Source: Spirochaetia bacterium
GTDB taxonomy: Bacteria > Spirochaetota > Spirochaetia > SZUA-6 > Bin103
Assembly (NCBI GenBank): GCA_965198005.1
Contig: CBDAOI010000004.1
Span: 416,001-480,000 of the forward strand
Direction of reading: 5' to 3'
Length of the DNA stretch: 64,000 bases
In this document: positions 57,610 through 64,000 of the stretch, piece by piece
How positions within the stretch are numbered: the first letter of the stretch is position 1
Layout of the letters: each line of letters starts with the position of its first letter
Notes under the pieces: model-generated
Told to the model about the DNA's origin: nothing
The model's input: the letters and a program-made list of their open reading frames with translations, nothing else
Databases searched by the model: none
Translations under genes and position numbers: made by a program

Positions 57610-58827
57610 TCAGTCACGGCTCATGGCGACCACCGGCGGCAGCCGCGCCGCCTTGACCGCCGGATAGACGCCGAAGAACAGGCCGGTCGCCACCGCCGTG
57701 GCCAGGCCGACCACCGCCACTTCCGGCAGGATCAGGTCCCAGCCCAGCGCCAAGGCCACGGCCACGGTGCCGCCGAACCCGAGCAGCACCCCGCACACTC
57801 CGCCCAGCAGGCAGATCACCACCGACTCGATCAGGAACTGTCCGAGAATGTCGCCGTCGCGGGCGCCGACCGCCTTGCGCAGGCCGATCTCGCCGGTGCG
57901 CTCGCTCACGCTCACCAGCATGATGTTCATGATCCCCAGGCCGCCGACCAGCAGCGAAATGCCGGCGACCAGGGTCACCACTGTGGTGATCACCCTCAGC
58001 ACCCGCGCCTCGGTCTCGATCCGCGCCTGATCGGTCGCCGCCACGAACGGCCGCACCGACGGCGACCCCGGCAGCACCCGGTCGAGGAACCGTTGCACGC
58101 GCGTGATCGACTCGCCGAGCCGCGCCGAGTCGCGCGCGCGCAGGGTTATCGCCGGAACGTGCGGTCCCACGGCGCGGTCCCACGGGTAGACGGTGCGGTA
58201 GAGCGCGTGCGGCAGGTAGCAGGTGCGCTCGTCGGCGCCGTCGCCGGTGGACCGGGCGTCGCGCGCCGCCAGCACGCCCACCACCTGCAACTGCAGGCCG
58301 CCGGCGCTCACGACGCTGCCGACCGCGCGCTCGGGACCGTCGAACAGGCTGTGCGCGATGCGGTCGCCCAGCACGATCACCTTGCGCCGCTGCAGCCGAT
58401 CCTGCCGGTCGAGAAAGCGGCCGGCCTGGACCGGCACCGGCCACAGCTCCGGGTACTCGGGACCGACGCCGAACAGCCTGGCCGGCGCGGTGCGGTCGCG
58501 GTAGCGTAATTCGGCGTCGCCGCGCAGGATCGGGCTCAGCCAGCTCGTGTCGGCCACCAGCGCGGCGATCGCCTCCAGGTGCTCCAGGCGCAGGTGCTGG
58601 TCGCGCCGTTGATCCTCCCAGCCCCCGTCCTCCGGCTCGATCCAGTACAGCGCCCCGCCGAGGGAGGCGATGTCGCCCATCACCGCCCGGCGGCCCATGA
58701 TCCCGATCGCCATCACCGCGATCACCGAGGCGACGCCGATCACGATGCTGAGGATGGTCAAGGCGGTGCGCAGCTTGTTGTGGCGCACGGTGTCGAACGC
58801 CTGGCGGACGCCTTCGGTCAGCCGCAT
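57610..58827 (-). CDS. MacB/FtsX-type ABC permease
   Basis: NKLR..LT, GIMNIMLVSVSERT.EIG.RKAVGA. Confidence 0.93.
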   Translation of the reverse strand: MRLTEGVRQAFDTVRHNKLRTALTILSIVIGVASVIAVMAIGIMGRRAVMGDIASLGGALYWIEPEDGGWEDQRRDQHLRLEHLEAIAALVADTSWLSPILRGDAELRYRDRTAPARLFGVGPEYPELWPVPVQAGRFLDRQDRLQRRKVIVLGDRIAHSLFDGPERAVGSVVSAGGLQLQVVGVLAARDARSTGDGADERTCYLPHALYRTVYPWDRAVGPHVPAITLRARDSARLGESITRVQRFLDRVLPGSPSVRPFVAATDQARIETEARVLRVITTVVTLVAGISLLVGGLGIMNIMLVSVSERTGEIGLRKAVGARDGDILGQFLIESVVICLLGGVCGVLLGFGGTVAVALALGWDLILPEVAVVGLATAVATGLFFGVYPAVKAARLPPVVAMSRD

Positions 58828-58854
58828 GGCGGGTGGCGGTGGCCGGCCTGCGGC

Positions 58855-59565
58855 CTACGGGACCGGCGCGGCCTGCGCAGCCGGCCGCGCGGCGCGCTGG
58901 TCCCGGATCACGCGTCCGTCGCGCAGGTGGATGACGCGGTGGGCGTGCGCGGCGATCTCGGCATTGTGGGTTACCAGGAGGATCGTGGCTCCCGCCCGGT
59001 GCAGATCGACCAGAAGCTGCATGATCTCGGCACCGTGGGTGGAGTCCAGGTTGCCGGTCGGCTCGTCCGCGAACACCAGCGACGGATCGTTGACCAGGGC
59101 CCGCGCGATGGCGACCCGTTGCCGCTGGCCGCCGGACAGCTCGGTCGGGCGGTGGCGCATGCGGTCGGCCAGATTGACCCGTTCGAGGGCGCGGGCGGCC
59201 CGTTCGCGGCGGGCGCGCCGGGTCACGCCGGCGTAGATCAGCGGCAGCTCGACGTTGCGCAGGGCGGTCAGGCGCGGCAGCAGATTGAAGGTCTGAAAGA
59301 TGAACCCGATGCGGCCGTTGCGCACCTGCGCCAGCTCGCGGTCGGTCATGCGGGCGACGTCGGTGCCGGCCAGGAGGTAGCGGCCGGCGGTGGGCCGGTC
59401 CAGGCAGCCGATGATGTTCATCAGCGTCGACTTGCCGGAGCCGGACGGGCCCATCACCGCCACGAACTCATGCTCGTCTATGTCCAGCTCCACGCCCGCC
59501 AGCGCGGTCACCGTGACGCCGGTGCCCATGTCGTACACCTTGCTGATTGCGGACAGGCGGATCAC
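58855..59565 (-). CDS. ABC ATP-binding protein (LolD/MacB type)
   Basis: [26 protein letters not shown]. Confidence 0.95.
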   Translation of the reverse strand: MIRLSAISKVYDMGTGVTVTALAGVELDIDEHEFVAVMGPSGSGKSTLMNIIGCLDRPTAGRYLLAGTDVARMTDRELAQVRNGRIGFIFQTFNLLPRLTALRNVELPLIYAGVTRRARRERAARALERVNLADRMRHRPTELSGGQRQRVAIARALVNDPSLVFADEPTGNLDSTHGAEIMQLLVDLHRAGATILLVTHNAEIAAHAHRVIHLRDGRVIRDQRAARPAAQAAPVP

Positions 59566-60893
59566 GGCGCCGCCTCTTCCGCGGGGGCGCCCGGCGGCGC
59601 GCCGTCGTCGGGCGCATCGGGCTCCAGGGTTACCGTCAGCCGGTCGCGCAGCAGGGACAGGTTGCCGACTACCACCAGCTCTCCCGGCTCCACGCCGGCG
59701 GTCAGCTCCACCTCGTTGACGCTCGACAAGCCCAGTTCCACCGTGCGCAGCTCGAGGCGGTGCAGCGTAGCGTCCTCGCCTGCGGGCACCGCCACGAACA
59801 CGATGCTCCCACCCGGCCGCTCCTGCAGCGCGGCAAACGGCACCGCGGTGACGTCGCGTTTCAGCTCCGCTTCGATGCGCGCCCGGCACGAGGCGCCGGC
59901 GCGCAAATGGGCGCCGGCGGGCAGCCCGCCCTCGTCGACGTCCACCTGGATCGTGACCACGTGGTCGGCCATGCTCGGGGGGATCAGCACGATGCGCCCC
60001 TGCAACTCCGCGTCGCGCACGCTGTCGGTGGTCAGCACCACGGGTTGGCCGAGCTGGATCTTGCCGATGTCGACCTCGTCGATCCGTACCTCCGCCAGGA
60101 TGTCGTCCAGCGTCGCCACGGTCGCCACCGCGGTGCCGGCGCCGACGTGGTTCCCCAGCGACACGCCCAGCGCGGTAACGGTGCCGGCGAGCGGCGCCAC
60201 CACGGTGGCGCTGGCGAGGTCGAGCGTCGCCTGGTGCGCGGACAGGCGCGCCCTGATCACTTCGGGGGAGGCGGCGACCAGCGCGTCGTCGGCACCCGGA
60301 TCGGCGTCCGGCGCGGCATCCGGCGGTCGGCCGGCAGCCAGGTTGATCTGCTCGCGCGCCGAGCGCAGCTCGCCGGCGGCATCATGCGCTGCGTGCTCCG
60401 CCTGCTCCAGTTCGTCGCGGGTGATGCTGCCGGCGCGCCAGAGCTGCCGGCTACGTTCGAGCGCGGCCCGCGCCCGCTCGTCGCCGGCCCGCGTCGTACG
60501 CAGGCCGGCGTGCAGGTTGGCGAGGTTGCGCCGCACGTCCAGTTCGGCCGAGCGGTGCGCCAGTTCCGCCTCGCGCAGCGCCACCTGCAGGTCCCGGCGC
60601 TCGAACTCGACCAGCTCCTGTCCCGTGCTTACCAGCTCGCCCACCCCCGCGGGTATGCCCAGCACCAGGCCGCCGGTGTCACTGACCACCGTGATGCTGC
60701 GGCGCGGGCGGAAGGTGCAGCTTCCGACCACCCGGGTCTGCAGGGTCGTGGTACGGGCGGCCTCGACGGTCACCGGAATCGCGTCCGCCGCCGGGTCGCT
60801 GCCGAAGATCTGCCACAGCGCGACGCCGGCGGCGATCAGCAACAGCAGGGCCAAGCCGCCCAGGCGCAGGCCGCGGCGGGTCCGGGGTTTCAT
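59562..60893 (-). CDS. Efflux periplasmic adaptor (MacA/HlyD-like)
   Basis: N-terminal TM, lipoyl halves flanking coiled coil, IDEVDI..I..GQ. Confidence 0.88.
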   Translation of the reverse strand: MKPRTRRGLRLGGLALLLLIAAGVALWQIFGSDPAADAIPVTVEAARTTTLQTRVVGSCTFRPRRSITVVSDTGGLVLGIPAGVGELVSTGQELVEFERRDLQVALREAELAHRSAELDVRRNLANLHAGLRTTRAGDERARAALERSRQLWRAGSITRDELEQAEHAAHDAAGELRSAREQINLAAGRPPDAAPDADPGADDALVAASPEVIRARLSAHQATLDLASATVVAPLAGTVTALGVSLGNHVGAGTAVATVATLDDILAEVRIDEVDIGKIQLGQPVVLTTDSVRDAELQGRIVLIPPSMADHVVTIQVDVDEGGLPAGAHLRAGASCRARIEAELKRDVTAVPFAALQERPGGSIVFVAVPAGEDATLHRLELRTVELGLSSVNEVELTAGVEPGELVVVGNLSLLRDRLTVTLEPDAPDDGAPPGAPAEEAAP

Positions 60894-61690
60894 GCCAGCA
60901 CCGCCCAGCGGCCCCCGGTCGCGGTATCGAACAGCGTCCACAGGACGGCGATCGTGGCGGTCAGGGCGAGCGCGCGCGGCGCCGGCAGCCGCAGCAGCGC
61001 CGCGCTGCCCGCGGCCAGCACCGCCAGTGCCCACAGCCCGAACGGGTCGGTGAGCAGGGCGGCGCCGCGTTCCAGGAAGGGAGGCGGGGTCCAGTCAGCC
61101 AGGGCCGCCAGGTCGAAGCGCACGATGGTGCGCGCGCGGTAGTCGGCGACGGTGGTGGCGTTGGCGGCGGCGGCGGGGTCGATCGCCAGGGTGGCGCCCG
61201 CGGCCAGCAGGCGGCGCAGTGCCAGCGGCACGAACGCGGCCGCGGCCAGCCGGATCGAGGCGCGCGGGCGGCCCGGCAGGCGCCGCTCTTCGCCGCCGAA
61301 GAACTGCGCCAGCACCAGCAGCGCCACCCAGGTCGACAGCGCGGCCGCCACCAGCGTCAGGCTGGAGAGCAGGACGTGCGCGCTCTTGGCCACGGGGCCG
61401 GACGGTGCGGTGAGCCGGCGATAGGCCGCGGTCTGGCGGCGTTCGACCGCCTCGGCGTCGTCGAAGGAGGAGGACCGTTGGAGCGCGACGTGGCGCGCCT
61501 CGACCAGGGCGATCTCGCGCATGGCGGGCGTTCCGAGGTGGCGGAGGATGAGCGTTTCGCCGGCCGCGGTGGCGGCGAACAGCAGCAGCAGCAGCCCGAA
61601 CAACGAGAACGAGGGCGTGGCTTCGGCAGCAAAGGCCCGCTCGGGGGTCACCGTGGCCCGCACTATGGCGCCGAAGAACCGCACGCTCAA
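60890..61690 (-). CDS. YIP1-like membrane protein
   Basis: P..AF start, DPFGLW motif, operon position. Confidence 0.6.
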   Translation of the reverse strand: MSVRFFGAIVRATVTPERAFAAEATPSFSLFGLLLLLFAATAAGETLILRHLGTPAMREIALVEARHVALQRSSSFDDAEAVERRQTAAYRRLTAPSGPVAKSAHVLLSSLTLVAAALSTWVALLVLAQFFGGEERRLPGRPRASIRLAAAAFVPLALRRLLAAGATLAIDPAAAANATTVADYRARTIVRFDLAALADWTPPPFLERGAALLTDPFGLWALAVLAAGSAALLRLPAPRALALTATIAVLWTLFDTATGGRWAVLA

Positions 61691-61696
61691 AGGTGC

Positions 61697-63097
61697 CTAC
61701 CGATCGCGCGTGCTCAAAACGCGTCCCGGCGAGCGCGGCGTTCGGCGCGGCGGCAACCGGACGCTGGCGAGCGGATCGACGTCGGTGAGCGCGTCGATCT
61801 CGAGCCTGAGCTGCCAGCGCTCGACCTGCAGGATGCGCGCGTCAAGCTGCAGCAGGATCAGGTCCAATACCGCCTGCTCCACGTCCGCCGGGGTGGCGGC
61901 GCCGGCGGCCAGCGTGGCGCGGGCCTCGGCCAGCTTGAGCGCGGCCAGCCGGATGCGCTGCCCGTTCTCCCACGTGCGGTGCTCCTGGTCGCGAATGTCC
62001 CGCTCCGCCTGCGCCAGGGCGTCCGCGAACGCCTGCCGCGCCGCAGCCAGCGCCAGCTCGGCGCCGGCACGGTCGTTGGCGAGCTGCTCCGCCGTCAGCG
62101 CATGCGCGCCGCTGTCGTAGAGGTTGACCGAAAAGTTCATGCCGGCGCTGAACGCCTCGTTCTCCCAGTCGTACTCCGCGCTCAGTCCGACGCCGGGCAG
62201 CCGCGTACGCCGGTGCTCGGCGATCCTCAGGCCGGCGACGCGCAGCTCGACGGCGGCGTCGACCACGTCCGGCGCCCGCCCATCGCGCTCGACTGCCCGG
62301 AGCCGGAGTCGGGCTCTACCGAGCTGGGCGAAGTCGCGGACACCGCTCTGTTCCTCCAGGTCGGCGCGTTCCTGCTCCAGGTTGGTCCTGGTCTCCGCAT
62401 GGGTGCGGCGCACCCGCTCGCGATCGAATTCGAGGGTTCGGAAGGCGTGGCTCCGCCGGTTTTCCTGCTCGATGCGCATGCGCGTGATCGAACGCCCGAG
62501 CGTCGTCTGTTCGTGCGCCTGCCGGGCCGCGCTCTTCCGCAGCTCCAGGATCGCCTGCATGGTGTCGAGCAGCCGGCGGGCGAGGGCGCGCGCCCGGGTG
62601 CGCATGGCGCGCTCCGCGCGCACCACGGCGTGCGTCGCCGTGAGGTCGGCCGACTCGGTGGCGTCGAGCCCGAGCAGCGGCCCGAGCGGTTGGGTGATGC
62701 CGGTGGTAGGAGCCTGCACCGCGGGTTCTTCGAGCAGGGTTACGGGCAGCGAAGCGGTGAACGTACCGAACGGATGGGGCAGGCCGGCCTCCAGGCCGAT
62801 CGTCGCGCCGAGGGTGCTGGCGTGAGTGCCTTGGTGGCCATTCTTGCTCGGCGGTCTCGCGTAGCCGTAGTCCAGCCGCGTGCGGAAGTCGATCGACAGC
62901 CCCTTGCCGGCCGCGTCCCGGGCGAGCGCGAGCTGGCGGGTGTGCCACGCCAGCTTCAGGCCGGCCAGTTCGGGATCCCGCGCCATCGCCGCCCGCAGCA
63001 GGCGCTCCAGGCTCGGCGCGTCGTTCGCCGTAGTCTGGGCCGCGGCGATCGCCGTCGCCACGAACAGGAGCACCGTTGCGCCGAGTCCGAGTCGCAC
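61697..63097 (-). CDS. TolC-like outer membrane efflux protein
   Basis: Signal peptide, SLE.LL.AA...P, helical repeats, operon position. Confidence 0.6.
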   Translation of the reverse strand: MRLGLGATVLLFVATAIAAAQTTANDAPSLERLLRAAMARDPELAGLKLAWHTRQLALARDAAGKGLSIDFRTRLDYGYARPPSKNGHQGTHASTLGATIGLEAGLPHPFGTFTASLPVTLLEEPAVQAPTTGITQPLGPLLGLDATESADLTATHAVVRAERAMRTRARALARRLLDTMQAILELRKSAARQAHEQTTLGRSITRMRIEQENRRSHAFRTLEFDRERVRRTHAETRTNLEQERADLEEQSGVRDFAQLGRARLRLRAVERDGRAPDVVDAAVELRVAGLRIAEHRRTRLPGVGLSAEYDWENEAFSAGMNFSVNLYDSGAHALTAEQLANDRAGAELALAAARQAFADALAQAERDIRDQEHRTWENGQRIRLAALKLAEARATLAAGAATPADVEQAVLDLILLQLDARILQVERWQLRLEIDALTDVDPLASVRLPPRRTPRSPGRVLSTRDR

Positions 63098-63176
63098 CCG
63101 CCCAATGTATGGCGGCGGCTCGGCCGTGGAAAGCTCCGTTTGCGGCACTGCGGCACTGCGGCACCGGCTTCCGGCG

Positions 63177-64000
63177 TCAGTCGGCGCGGCGCGCGCCCAT
63201 CACGCGCCGGAAGTAGCGCAACTTGTCGACCAGCGAGATGCCGATCAGCAGTGCCGCCGCCACCTCCGCGACCTGGAGCACGCGCGCGAGCGGCGGCGTC
63301 CCGTCGCCGGCCGCGCCCAGCAGGTGGGCCAGCAGTTCCAATCCGATCACCGCCATCGCCGCCGCCACCGAGACCTTGCCCCAGGTAGTCGGTCCGACCA
63401 CGCCGGCGCCGTGCCGCAGCACGACCAGCCCCATCGCCGCCGCGTGCAGCACCAGCCGCGCTACCAGCAGCCACGCCAGCCACGGCGGCATGATCCCCTT
63501 CACTCCCAGGAGCACGGCCAGTGACAGCAGCACGAGGTAGTCGCTGCCGGAATCGAGATAGCCGCCGATGCGGGTCACCTGGCCGCGGCTGCGGGCGAGG
63601 GCGCCATCCGCCAGATCGGTCAGGAACACCAGCGCGATCACCGCCACCAGCACCGGCGCGGTCCCGGTGCGCGGGCCGTGCGCCACCAGCAGCGTGAGGG
63701 TGGGAATCGAGCTGAGCCGGAACAGCGTCAGCAGGTTGGGCAGCTTCAGGCTGGCCGCGCTGCCGCCCGCGACGCCCCCGCCGCCGCCGGCCCCGAGCCG
63801 ATCCGCGGCGCCGGACGGATCCGCCGGCCGCAATGGCGCGAGCTCCGCGTGCCGCCAGAACAGAAACCCGCCGATCAGCACGTGAAACACGGCGGCAACG
63901 TTCAGGAACAGGTCCCAGCGCACGCCCGTTGCCGGTGCCAGAGCGCCGTAGAGGAGAACCTGCAGCAGCCCCAGGCCGACCACCGTCAGACAGATCTGCC
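63177..64000 (-). CDS. CDP-alcohol phosphatidyltransferase family (5' end may lie outside window)
   Basis: PNLLT..R, TD.ADG.LAR...VT.IG.YLD..D. Confidence 0.88.
   Translation of the reverse strand, partial: QICLTVVGLGLLQVLLYGALAPATGVRWDLFLNVAAVFHVLIGGFLFWRHAELAPLRPADPSGAADRLGAGGGGGVAGGSAASLKLPNLLTLFRLSSIPTLTLLVAHGPRTGTAPVLVAVIALVFLTDLADGALARSRGQVTRIGGYLDSGSDYLVLLSLAVLLGVKGIMPPWLAWLLVARLVLHAAAMGLVVLRHGAGVVGPTTWGKVSVAAAMAVIGLELLAHLLGAAGDGTPPLARVLQVAEVAAALLIGISLVDKLRYFRRVMGARRAD

Overview
High-GC bacterial DNA. The 'LWAGGAEEE'-type N-termini of the ABC binding proteins suggest a Spirochaetota-like organism, possibly host-associated; this is inference only. Two intact core blocks are present: cimA-argH-hflX-response regulator-sensor kinase (about 18.8-25.7 kb, minus strand) and a CDP-alcohol transferase/TolC/YIP1/adaptor/MacB-type exporter operon (about 56.4-64 kb, minus strand). 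The rest is a scrambled accessory region. It contains several paralogous peptide/nickel ABC loci with no ATPase gene, more than 10 intact or broken toxin-antitoxin modules, four AAA-ATPase/PD-(D/E)XK genes, a UvrD helicase with an inserted nuclease-like domain, IS and group II intron remnants, and many 40-250 bp fragments of other genes spliced in. The most interesting signals are non-coding. (1) A leader found three times has a strong SD, a micro-ORF M-x-L-K-E-P(-stop) with synonymous changes, and conserved alternative hairpins; two copies lie ahead of ABC binding-protein genes and are preceded by 17-19 nt poly-C tracts. (2) A tandem array of about 125-bp units each carries TTGACA. (3) The dppC 3' end occurs five times and is usually followed by TA modules. 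No CRISPR array, rRNA or convincing tRNA was seen. All family calls come from motif recognition by eye, and assembly artefact cannot be excluded for some junctions.
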